A DNA stretch of 64,000 nt. Source: Nitrospinaceae bacterium (GTDB lineage: Bacteria > Nitrospinota > Nitrospinia > Nitrospinales > Nitrospinaceae). Position 1 is the stretch's first letter; every line of letters starts with the position of its first letter. Shown here one piece after another: positions 18,640-27,525 of this stretch. Below the pieces are notes generated by a model, which did no database searches, was not told where the DNA came from, and was given only the letters and a program-made list of their open reading frames with translations. Where the stretch lies: assembly GCA_965223665.1 (NCBI GenBank), contig OZ245011.1:1536001-1600000 (forward strand), in the 5' to 3' direction. The position numbers and the translations under genes are program-made.

Positions 18640-18743
18640 GTTTTTAAACTGGGGAATCATTTGGCAGGAACTTTGGGAAGGGGAAGGGCAAGGGCCATCA
18701 CGATAAAGAAACAGACCTCCTGAAAAATTAGTAACGTCAACCT

Positions 18744-18845
18744 TATTCTATTGATCTCGCCTCATGGCGTTAACTTCATTTTTCAAATAGGTTATAATCT
18801 AAAACCAAGTTATCAACTGTTCGCTATCGACCCAAAGCGGACATT
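18744..18845 (+). repeat. ~100-bp direct repeat, copy 1 (copy 2 at 22689..22789), ending in a CGACCCAAAGCGGAC hairpin
   Basis: Near-identical by eye; contains TTAACT-17-TATAAT. Confidence 0.9.
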
Positions 18846-18907
18846 TATAATTCCAGTTTGCGAGTTAACCTTTAAGACATGGGGGAAATTAAACTTTAAA
18901 AAATTAA

Positions 18908-19420
18908 TCAATAATCTGCGTACGATTTGTTAGCAAATTCAGGGTCGAGTTTCACTGCTGCCGCATAGTCCTTTTTGGAGGAATCGGACTCGCCAATTTT
19001 ATAATAACAAAGCCCACGAAAGAAATAGGAACCAGCTCGTTTCCTATCGCTACTGTACTCAATGGCTTTTGTGAAGTCAGCAATACCCTTATCATACTCA
19101 CACTTCATGCCATACACCAAACCTCGATGATGGTAAGCATCGTCGAACTGAGAGTTCCTTTGGATTGCATCATTATACTCTGCGAGAGCTCTATCCAATT
19201 GACCTTTTTCTCTAAAGACATGCCCAAGAACATTGTAGGGGCCAGGATGCGAAGGGTCCAATTTTATACTCCTTTCCAGGTCAATGATTGCATTGACAAA
19301 GTCTCTTTTCACCCAATAGGCTGATCCCCGAATCAAATAATCGCTGGAGCTTCGTGGTTCTAGATTCTTGATAATAGCATCAAAATTTACTTTCTCATTA
19401 GAGGGGCCACTTGAAGGCAT
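18908..19420 (-). CDS. tetratricopeptide repeat protein
   Basis: About four TPR units (AY..RG..Y..AI.DF..AI). Confidence 0.9.
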   Translation of the reverse strand: MPSSGPSNEKVNFDAIIKNLEPRSSSDYLIRGSAYWVKRDFVNAIIDLERSIKLDPSHPGPYNVLGHVFREKGQLDRALAEYNDAIQRNSQFDDAYHHRGLVYGMKCEYDKGIADFTKAIEYSSDRKRAGSYFFRGLCYYKIGESDSSKKDYAAAVKLDPEFANKSYADY

Positions 19421-19672
19421 AAATTTTCTCCTAACATATAAGGTCGCTTAAATTTAAAGAATCTAACAACTCTTTTAGGGTCCTAATTTTGAATTGCATT
19501 AGTAAGTAAAAATCATTTTTCTTTTAAAAACAGCTTAAATCGGTTGTTGTTTACATGGAAGGGCTGTACGCAACTATTGATGCGAACTCCGCCTACTTTT
19601 GTGCGCGGGAAAACTACTAAATAGCTGCATTACCCTCTGCCGCTAAGTTTTAATTGTTCTTAAAATTTTAAT

Positions 19673-20638
19673 TTAGGTTGAAAAGAAATTTTCCTTGATG
19701 TAAGGATCGATTTCTGGCTTTTCATCTACTTTTTTAAAGCTTCCTTTGTTAGCATTCCACCAATTTTTCCAATCCTTAGTGTTTTCCACATGCCCCTCAC
19801 CAAGTATTTTCTTTAAAGAGACACTAGCTAAATATTGAACAACATCATATTTGTCTTCCAAAGCGTTAATTAATGGTTCCACAGCGGCAATGCTATTTAT
19901 TCGACCAAGAACGGAGGCAACTGTACAGCGAATCTTATCTGAGCTATGATCTGAAAGCGCTGCAATCAATGGCTTTAAGGCCGAATGCCCAAATTTTGTT
20001 AAAGAGTTTTCAGCACACCACCGTATATAGTCATCCTCTGCTTCTAAGACTTCTATCAAAGGATAGATCGAACGGATATCACCAATTTCGCCTAAGGCCC
20101 ACGCTGCTGCAGCGTGCTGATCAGCCCGAACAAACTTTGGTTTGTTGATATCCAACAAACTAAGTACCTTTATTAGTAAGTCAACAGCAAGTGGTTCCTT
20201 CTTTTCCCCCAATGCCAAAATTGCAGAATTACAAAGATCAGACGAGCCAAATTTATAAGAAATTTTCACCCACTTCATTAATGGTTGAATAACACGGTTG
20301 TCCTTAATCTTCCTTAAAGCATAAATGGCTCCGTGTGGGTAATAACCTTCTTCCTCGTTTTCGAGAGCACCAATAAAATCAGGTAGTAATTGACGTGCTC
20401 CCTCTGTCTCACCCCAATTTGGACAAACTGCTTCTAATACTTCCTTTGCGCCAAAATATTCGTTCCCATCCTCTTCTTTGAGTAAAAGAATTAGCGTCTG
20501 TAGCAATTCTGGATCACTTATCTTCCCTAAAGATTTTAATGACTCACAAGCACCTCTACGGGCAGACCAGTCACCATGAAGTAAGCGTTCTATTTGTTCT
20601 TTTTGCTTCTTTCTATTGTTGAATAAGTTTGAGAACAT
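19673..20638 (-). CDS. HEAT/PBS-lyase repeat protein
   Basis: Repeated AAWALGEIGD / AVEPLINALED units. Confidence 0.9.
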   Translation of the reverse strand: MFSNLFNNRKKQKEQIERLLHGDWSARRGACESLKSLGKISDPELLQTLILLLKEEDGNEYFGAKEVLEAVCPNWGETEGARQLLPDFIGALENEEEGYYPHGAIYALRKIKDNRVIQPLMKWVKISYKFGSSDLCNSAILALGEKKEPLAVDLLIKVLSLLDINKPKFVRADQHAAAAWALGEIGDIRSIYPLIEVLEAEDDYIRWCAENSLTKFGHSALKPLIAALSDHSSDKIRCTVASVLGRINSIAAVEPLINALEDKYDVVQYLASVSLKKILGEGHVENTKDWKNWWNANKGSFKKVDEKPEIDPYIKENFFST

Positions 20639-20738
20639 TGCCCCCCCTCTTTAGCTTGCAATATACACTAATATGGGGGATTTTGAAGGTGGAATATTTG
20701 TGGGGAATTTTGTTGGCAAAGGATTCTTTAAGAAAATA

Positions 20739-20820
20739 TGACCTGCCCCTGTAAGTTGTACCAAATCTTAAGTTAGAGTTTCTGTCTTGGGTTTAACGGC
20801 ATCCGGAGCCATAGGTACTG
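20739..20820 (-). mobile_element. IS3-family (IS407-group-like) right-end remnant
   Basis: Minus strand reads VPMAPDAVKPKTETLT* then ..GGTACAACTTACAGGGGCAGGTCA, resembling the end of an IS3-family orfB and its right IR; no transposase body. Confidence 0.55.
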
Positions 20821-21043
20821 GGTAAAGGCATCGTTCGAGGGCAAATACATTGGAACTCAACAAGCATCCAAAGATAATTACAAAAAGATAAATAACAAGT
20901 CTTTTCATACAAAGCCTTCACATTGACATTTTTATTTCATTTTCTACCCTCTTAGGTTAATATTGTTGGCCAAAACAGGCAATTGCTTTCATTGTGGGGA
21001 GCACAGACCAAAAGAGTACCTACCTTTTAAAATTTTCAAAGCG

Positions 21044-21085
21044 GAATGTCTGCTTCTGACCGAAAGCGACCCAAAGCGGACATTC
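21044..21085. repeat. best-conserved copy of the TGTCCGCTT..AAGCGGACA hairpin family
   Basis: GAATGTCTGCTT-CTGACCGAAAGCGACCCA-AAGCGGACATTC; related copies at 2473, 3043, 4930, 18818, 22488, 22762, 25174, 26648, 27458. Confidence 0.8.
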
Positions 21086-21150
21086 GCGGTAGTTGCATAG
21101 GGCCGAAGGAAGACCTACAGAAGAGCGTTGGGCGGAATAGAAAATAGGAT

Positions 21151-21223
21151 GCCGATGTAATTCGGTTGGTAGAGCAACTGGTTTGTAATCAGTAGGTCGG
21201 GGGTTTGATTCCTCTCACCGGCT
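21151..21223 (+). tRNA. degenerate tRNA-Thr(TGT), probably a pseudo-tRNA
   Basis: Cloverleaf GCCGATG..CACCGGC-T, anticodon loop TT-TGT-AA; A:C mismatches in acceptor and D stems, T-loop TTTGATT rather than TTCGA, no CCA. Confidence 0.8.
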
Positions 21224-21231
21224 TTAAAAAT

Positions 21232-21263
21232 AAAAGGGCCAGGGATACCCTGGCCCTTTCTTT
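21232..21263. terminator. bidirectional intrinsic terminator
   Basis: AAAGGGCCAGGG-ATA-CCCTGGCCCTTT between the tRNA and the convergent CDS. Confidence 0.8.
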
Positions 21264-21375
21264 AGTTTCAGGTGAATGCAGGCCATACGCGCCTTATACG
21301 CAGTATGGTCTTGCGCTGACAATGGACTGGGCATCGGGTCAGCGCAAGACAATTCCCCAGCAAAATCACCCCGCA

Positions 21376-22224
21376 TTAATGTTCACCGATGTATTTGACG
21401 TGAGGTTCGTCCCGTTCTTCCCTGAGTGCCATGGTAAGTTCCGGCACTTCGGTAAGCCTTTCGTTGATGACGGTCAGCAGGGTTTTGGCCTGGGAAAGGA
21501 ACGCGTCTTTCTCTGCAGGGCCGACTTTACGGTGATACAAGTCTTCGTAACCATTAAGCAACGTCTTGGTTTTGCGGATCAATCCTTCGACTGTCTGGTA
21601 GGAAACCTTGCGTGTGGAAGCTTTTTCAGCTTTCGCTTCGTAATCAAACCAGATATCGATATCCTTTGATACCCGCCCCATTTTGATCCAATATTCCCTG
21701 GCACCTTCTTTGCCTCCACGCTCCTTGATGATGTCGGCAATCATCCTCGCAACCGGGGATTTAGGGATACCGTTCGCGGTCTCGCAAAGGTGGCGCACTG
21801 CCTGGAACACCTTGTTGAGATTACTGTCAATCTGCATACCTTTGTTGGAGAAGGTCCGTACCTCCGGTGACCGTTCGAAGGCGTGCCACATGCCTCCGTC
21901 CCGTTGCAGGAGTAACCTTTTCTCATCCAAAGCACGGAATGTCTGGTGGCAGGATTCCCGATCTTTCACCTTGCCCTGCGGGGCAGAGGCTTCTGTCAGG
22001 AGGGTCTTCCTAAAAGATTCATCCAGAGAAATTTTACTGGGAGTGGTATCTGCTTTAGCCATAAAAGCTTCGCGGGTCATTTCCTTTTTAGAAGTCCGGA
22101 CCCAGGTTTTTTCTTTTTCTGGCATTATATAAGGGGACATTTTGACGGGTCCTTTCAAGGGTTCCGCACCACCCAATGTCACCAATCCAAACAAGAACAA
22201 AACGAAAAAAATCGCCCTTTTCAT
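21376..22224 (-). CDS. hypothetical secreted alpha-helical protein
   Basis: AGGA RBS, signal peptide MKRAIFFVLFLFGLVTLGGA. Confidence 0.8.
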   Translation of the reverse strand: MKRAIFFVLFLFGLVTLGGAEPLKGPVKMSPYIMPEKEKTWVRTSKKEMTREAFMAKADTTPSKISLDESFRKTLLTEASAPQGKVKDRESCHQTFRALDEKRLLLQRDGGMWHAFERSPEVRTFSNKGMQIDSNLNKVFQAVRHLCETANGIPKSPVARMIADIIKERGGKEGAREYWIKMGRVSKDIDIWFDYEAKAEKASTRKVSYQTVEGLIRKTKTLLNGYEDLYHRKVGPAEKDAFLSQAKTLLTVINERLTEVPELTMALREERDEPHVKYIGEH

Positions 22225-22688
22225 AATTCCTTATTCCTTTCTCTAATAGAGTTGGTTTATGAAACCTTATCACATTTCCAACCTGTTTTCACCCTCCACA
22301 GGCCCCATATTGCCCTGCCAAGGTGCTTACGCCATCCAGTGGTCATTGGAAAGTTCTTCGCGGCGATTCCTGGATCAATAAGCCTTTCTTTGTGCGAACC
22401 GCTAATCGCGGTAGGTTCGATCCTACGACTCGGCTCAACGCCAGCGGTTTCCGGTGCGTCCAGTAAGAGTTACCCTTTGCTCTTTTACGCTTTTGGCCGA
22501 TAGCGACATCCACCCTCATGCAAACTGGACTCTCCCCATATGGAATTATGATTGGAAATCTGTTGGAGACAAAGTTACTATTACCAAAGCTCTCAAGGCA
22601 AAAGGCTTCGCAAGATTATCGGTATCAGAGCAGTAAAGACCGCCCCAAGAAAAAAACTGATCTCCAAAAAAATCACTGACCTCACCCC

Positions 22689-22789
22689 TATTCTATTGAT
22701 CTTGCCTCATGGCGTTAACTTCATTTTTCAAATAGGTTATAATTTAAAACCAGTTATCAACTGTTCACTGTCGACCCAAAGCGGACGTT
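22689..22789 (+). repeat. ~100-bp direct repeat, copy 2
   Basis: Matches 18744..18845. Confidence 0.9.
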
Positions 22790-23467
22790 TTGGACGAGGC
22801 GACAATAAATGGAAGTTTAATGAGACTTATTAATATTGATGAAGAAGCACCAGAAGAGTTCTATATTTTTGTAGATCGTTCAAATTTTATAACTGCACAC
22901 AACTTTAGACTCACTAAAAAATTTAGTTCTGGTGCGGCAAATTCATGCAGCATTGATTCAAATTTTGAGAAAAAATATAAAGAAGGTAGTGCCAATTACT
23001 TACCATATAAACTGTGCGAAATAGATACTGTATCGCCGTCACTCTATTTTTTGAGCGCGATAAAAAATTACCGAGTAGAATATGATGCCGAAACTTACCG
23101 AAAACATAACCACCCACTATATCCATCTCGATTATCTGCCATATATGCATTCGGCAGCATGGAAATGTGTAAAAAAGTTTCTGAAAAGTATCATTGGTCA
23201 TTAGACAATATCCACAAATTTCGTTTAAGAAACTGGCCTTTAACCAGGATAGCCAAAGTTAATATGGAGCATGTTTCTTTAGCCCGTCTTGCTTATAAAA
23301 ATTCAGCCATGCTAGAAGAAAGCATTGAATACTTATGGGCTAATTATTGGAGAGGTTCCGGAGAAATTGTTTTTGAATTACCATCAACTAATTTTGAACG
23401 TAAGAAATTCAATTCCGGCGTTATTTGGGAATATCTTATTGAAGGTGTTGTTGAATGCATTGAGTAA
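22790..23467 (+). CDS. DUF2441-like hypothetical protein; start may be ATG 22820
   Basis: E..R...HPLYPSRLSAIYAF and C-terminal WEYLIEG resemble DUF2441; AT-rich. Confidence 0.6.
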   Translation: MDEATINGSLMRLINIDEEAPEEFYIFVDRSNFITAHNFRLTKKFSSGAANSCSIDSNFEKKYKEGSANYLPYKLCEIDTVSPSLYFLSAIKNYRVEYDAETYRKHNHPLYPSRLSAIYAFGSMEMCKKVSEKYHWSLDNIHKFRLRNWPLTRIAKVNMEHVSLARLAYKNSAMLEESIEYLWANYWRGSGEIVFELPSTNFERKKFNSGVIWEYLIEGVVECIE

Positions 23468-23554
23468 AAAGCATAATCGTTATAATAAGTCTCCAATAGA
23501 TTATTAGTTTTTGAGCCAAATTATTAAAATTTGAATTTGTTAAGAAACCCTGAA

Positions 23555-23914
23555 ATGAAACACAAGCCCTCTCAGGATCGAACTGTCTACTCCACCGAAC
23601 ATGGTAAAATGTGTCCCGGCTGTGGCAATCCCGTGAAACAATGCAACTGTCGCAAACAGTCATCGCCCCCCGGTGATGGAAACGTACGCGTCTCCCGTCA
23701 GACCAAGGGCAGAAAAGGAAAAGGGGTCACGTTGATTCAAGGACTCAATATGGATGCGGCGACTCTATCAGCGACGTGCAAGAAGCTCAAGACGATGTTC
23801 GGCACCGGCGGGACGGTCAAAGACGGAGTCATCGAGATCCAGGGCGATCATATTGAGCGCATCCTGGATTATTTGAAGGAACAAGGCGTAAAGGCCAAAC
23901 GGTCTGGCGGGTGA
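23555..23914 (+). CDS. yciH: SUI1/eIF1 family translation initiation factor YciH
   Basis: VYSTE, TKGRKGKGVT, LK..FGTGGTVKDGVIEIQGDH. Confidence 0.93.
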   Translation: MKHKPSQDRTVYSTEHGKMCPGCGNPVKQCNCRKQSSPPGDGNVRVSRQTKGRKGKGVTLIQGLNMDAATLSATCKKLKTMFGTGGTVKDGVIEIQGDHIERILDYLKEQGVKAKRSGG

Positions 23915-23915
23915 A

Positions 23916-24330
23916 GTGGCTTTTGCATAAGAGGAAATTTTAAATAAAACACAAATAATATTAAAAAACGAAATTGATGTTTGCCCTCTTTCCCAACCTA
24001 GCGGTTGAAGCAAAAAGGATTTCCAAAAGTCGATGGATTTAAGAAATCGATGGAACCCATCGAAGATGAAATGTTGGTGGCGGGGTCTTCCCCGTGGTCA
24101 GGGGGATTCACCTTCAGGGATTTTATAAATAAGGAAAAATCCCCCCAGCCCGCAGCGTCACGCTGCACCCGGAATAATTTTTCGTCAGGTTTGTCCAAAT
24201 ATCATTTGTCCACAAACTTTTGAGAATCCTTATTGCATCCAATCGCAGATTGGGGAAAGGGGGAGCGCATGGGTCGCCACTTTAAGTTTATTGTATTTTT
24301 CTTAATAATCTTTCGTTATGCAAAGGTCGC
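23916..24330. mobile_element. MITE copy (~415 bp, longer variant)
   Basis: Left GTGGCTTTTGCATAA, right TTATGCAAAGGTCGC; internal segment shared with 18460-18610. Confidence 0.7.
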
Positions 24331-24413
24331 TTGGTAAAGAAATGAGATTGCCTATCCAAAACTCTTAACCCATTCAACCTGCCTGGGGACTTACCTATAG
24401 ACTACGGATTGAA

Positions 24414-25040
24414 TCACTGGAAATGTAGCGTACAGGATTGGTTTCGGCACACGGCGGATGCGTTAAAGGGATCTACGGGCAAACAGCTTGTGAGGGTCTC
24501 AAAATGTCGTGCCACCGCCTCGTAGCATTGTTGTGAAGTCTTGTTGAGAGCCCTGGAAGTCCCGCAGAAATTGTATGCCGCCACGCAATCCTGATCCTGT
24601 TGACATGCCAGGAATTCTTCAGGCGTCCGCGTGATGATTTTATAAACAATATTCGTAGGCATATCTTTCACCGATCCATACCCGCACGCGGGCAGATGGG
24701 TCTGCATTTGAGGTTTGGGCGAGGCAGGTTTTTTCGGTTTGGGTTTCGGAGCCGTTTGCGTCTGCTGCCTTTCGTGCAACACCTTCAGCATATCGCTCAT
24801 TTTCTTTTCAACCGCAGGCTCATTGTTTTCTCGGGCCCACGCCTGTAATTCCTTGCAGGCTCGGATCGCCTTGGCATCCATTCCTTCCTCAAAATAAAAA
24901 TGTGCCTGCCGCCACAGGTTTTTAGCGAGGGACGACGAAAGTTTGGGAGCGTCATCCGCCAGGGCTTGCGAACTTTCTCCTGCAATGTTCAGCAACATAA
25001 CCACCAGAACCAATACTAAGTATTTTGAAATAGGTTTCAT
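24414..25040 (-). CDS. hypothetical secreted protein with Pro/Lys linker and Cys-rich C-terminal domain
   Basis: Signal peptide; CQQDQDC..C..C..C..C..C disulfide-rich end. Confidence 0.75.
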   Translation of the reverse strand: MKPISKYLVLVLVVMLLNIAGESSQALADDAPKLSSSLAKNLWRQAHFYFEEGMDAKAIRACKELQAWARENNEPAVEKKMSDMLKVLHERQQTQTAPKPKPKKPASPKPQMQTHLPACGYGSVKDMPTNIVYKIITRTPEEFLACQQDQDCVAAYNFCGTSRALNKTSQQCYEAVARHFETLTSCLPVDPFNASAVCRNQSCTLHFQ

Positions 25041-25173
25041 GCTTTAGGTTTCCTTTATTAATCTCAATAACTTCTATATATTTTCAATATATGGACACCG
25101 AACCTATCCATTAATACCATGAAAAATACCCTGCTCAAAATTTTGTTGTAAACCATAGCTACTGATTTTTCCC

Positions 25174-25225
25174 AATATCCGCTTTTGGCGGGCAATCCAT
25201 TTACTTTCGACTCAAATTTGATATT
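25174..25225 (+). repeat. ~52-bp direct repeat (other copy 26648..26699) flanking the ankyrin gene
   Basis: TCCGCTTTTGGC.GGCAA.CCATTTACTTTCGAC.CAAA shared. Confidence 0.8.
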
Positions 25226-25291
25226 TCAATTTAAGTCCTTTTCCGGCATAATAGAAGTCTTCCCTGATATTCAAAAATTAGACAACTGCTT

Positions 25292-26575
25292 ATGAAATCC
25301 ACCTTCGTTATTCGCTCAAATATTTCAGCCATTCTGATTGCAGTCATTGTCGGGATTTTAATTCCTTCCATTTCAACTCAAGCGTCCCCTGAAAAACTGG
25401 TAACCAAGATTAATAATATAGCCTTACTGAAGGCTGCATTTAGGGGCGACGAGGCAAACGTAAAAACTCTGCTGGCAAGGGGCGCCAATGTAAATTTTCA
25501 AAAAAAAGATGATGGGGTGACTGCTTTAATTGTGGCGTCCGAGAAGGGACATTTGTCTGTTGTAAAAAGACTGTTGGCTAATGGAGCCGATGTCAACCTT
25601 CCTGCTTATAATGGGTTTTCAGCGTTGACTCAGGCAAGTTTTAAAGGCCACGAATCTGTAGTACTAGAACTTTTAGAGAAAGGAGCGAAGGTCAATCAAC
25701 AGGCAGACAATGGTGCGACCTCCTTGATTCTGGCATCCGAGAAAGGACATTTTTCCGCTGTAAAGGCCCTGCTTAATCAAGGGGCAAAAGTGGACCTTCA
25801 AGCTAATGATGGAGCAACTGCATTATATGTCGCTTCTCAAAATGGCTATGAACTAATAGCGAAGAAATTACTCGAAAAGAACGCTGATATCAATATCCCA
25901 ATCAAAAACGGAGGAATCCCTTTAATAGTAGCATCACTTTATGGCCATGAGCCAGTAGTGAAGTTGCTCCTGGAGAATAACGCCAAAGTAAATCATCAAG
26001 CTCAAAACGGCGAAACCGCGATATTTTTTGCATCTGAAAATGGACACGCTCAAATAGTGAAGGAATTGATTGCATACGGAGCAGACGTTGATCTAAAAAG
26101 GAAAGATGGAGGGACGGCGTTGATTTGGGCATCATTGAATGGGCACGATGTTGTAGTGAATACATTACTGGAAAATGGTGCCGAAGTTGATCTAACAGAT
26201 GAAGATGGTTCAACGGCCCTTTTAGGGGCGTCGTTACCTGGGCATGAGGCGGTAGTTAAAGCGCTATTGGCAAAAGGTGCTAATGTTAATCATCAAGATA
26301 ATATTGGCGAAACTGCTTTGCTCTGGGCGTCGGGTAATGGACATGAGCCAGTGATAAAAGCCTTACTTAATAAGGGAGCAGATGTTAATCACCAGAACAA
26401 AAAGGGCCAAACCGCTTTAATGGAAGCATCGCGGAGAGGACAGGTGGTGACGGTGCAGACATTGTTAGCAGCGGGCGCCGACGTCAATGCCAAAAACTCT
26501 AACGGAGAATCCGCTCTCAGTTTGGCGAAAACTAAAGCTATCGCCCAACTGCTAAAGGCGACAGGAGCAAAGTGA
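25292..26575 (+). CDS. secreted ankyrin-repeat protein (about 11 repeats)
   Basis: Signal peptide; repeated G.TAL..AS..GH..VV..LL..GADVN. Confidence 0.95.
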   Translation: MKSTFVIRSNISAILIAVIVGILIPSISTQASPEKLVTKINNIALLKAAFRGDEANVKTLLARGANVNFQKKDDGVTALIVASEKGHLSVVKRLLANGADVNLPAYNGFSALTQASFKGHESVVLELLEKGAKVNQQADNGATSLILASEKGHFSAVKALLNQGAKVDLQANDGATALYVASQNGYELIAKKLLEKNADINIPIKNGGIPLIVASLYGHEPVVKLLLENNAKVNHQAQNGETAIFFASENGHAQIVKELIAYGADVDLKRKDGGTALIWASLNGHDVVVNTLLENGAEVDLTDEDGSTALLGASLPGHEAVVKALLAKGANVNHQDNIGETALLWASGNGHEPVIKALLNKGADVNHQNKKGQTALMEASRRGQVVTVQTLLAAGADVNAKNSNGESALSLAKTKAIAQLLKATGAK

Positions 26576-26746
26576 TTCTTTTCCGAAATCCAGGCGGTTT
26601 ATATTGCTGACAACAGAGAAGAATAAAGGTTAGTGAATGGAAAAAATAATTTCCGCTTTTGGCTGGCAACCCATTTACTTTCGACCCAAAGTGGACATTC
26701 CACCTAAGTGTTGCCAGTTGCTCCCGGCTTACATATAATTGCTGAT

Positions 26747-27460
26747 ATGGATAAAAAATACCAGGAACGTCGAAAAGAATTCGAAGCAAAGTTTAAGCCT
26801 GACAATCTCAAACCAGATGGGCGCAAGGAGTTGGTATCACCATCGGGCAACTTTCAATTAACCATTGATACCTACTCCAGAGGCGCTGACAAATGGGATT
26901 ACTCTCGAGGTCGTGTTCGGCGCACTGGGGACGACACCGTGCTGGCAGATATTAAGCGAAACGATGGTCGTTTCTTCCATTCCTGGGTTCAGCATTCCAA
27001 TGGCCATGAATATTTGATTTGCGGTGAAGATTATCAGGGCCAAACGGTGGTAAACCTAAACACAGGTCAGAGAAACGACTTCTTTCCCGAATCCGGGTAT
27101 ACCGGTGGAGGATTCATCTGGACCGGTGCCTTGCCATCTCCGGATTCAACCTTACTTGCCGTCGATGGTTGTTACTGGGCTCATCCCTACGAAGTAGTAT
27201 TTTTTGACTTCACGGAACCTGACTCACTGCCTTACAAAGAACTTTTTCGAGTAAGCGATCTCGATGAATGCGAGGGTTGGATCGACAACAATACTTTTCG
27301 GATGACGCAGGAAATTTATTCTCGAAAAGCTGACAAGGTTCCCTATGATGAGCTGTCCGAGAAAGAACAGAAAGAAATAGACGACAATGAAAACCTTGCT
27401 CTCTACGAGTACCCAGAAGTTCTCGTCACTCGGGAGCAGATACTGCAAGGTAAGGACTGA
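26747..27460 (+). CDS. hypothetical protein
   Basis: ATG 26747 in a 250-aa ORF; protein-like (LAVDGCYWAHPYE); family not named with confidence. Confidence 0.75.
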   Translation: MDKKYQERRKEFEAKFKPDNLKPDGRKELVSPSGNFQLTIDTYSRGADKWDYSRGRVRRTGDDTVLADIKRNDGRFFHSWVQHSNGHEYLICGEDYQGQTVVNLNTGQRNDFFPESGYTGGGFIWTGALPSPDSTLLAVDGCYWAHPYEVVFFDFTEPDSLPYKELFRVSDLDECEGWIDNNTFRMTQEIYSRKADKVPYDELSEKEQKEIDDNENLALYEYPEVLVTREQILQGKD

Positions 27461-27525
27461 CCACTCCCGGCCGGATAGCAGACCCCTTTGTTTTCAAGAC
27501 AAGAGAGACATTACAAAATTCGATT

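Noticed and set aside
21205-22503. Plus-strand ORFs 21205..21669, 21683..22132 and 21946..22503
   Set aside because: They overlap the tRNA/terminator or are antisense to a CDS with a clear RBS and signal peptide.
2473-27484. Classical integron attC array
   Set aside because: No RYYYAAC/GTTRRRY core sites were recognised and there is no intI; reported instead as a different hairpin family.
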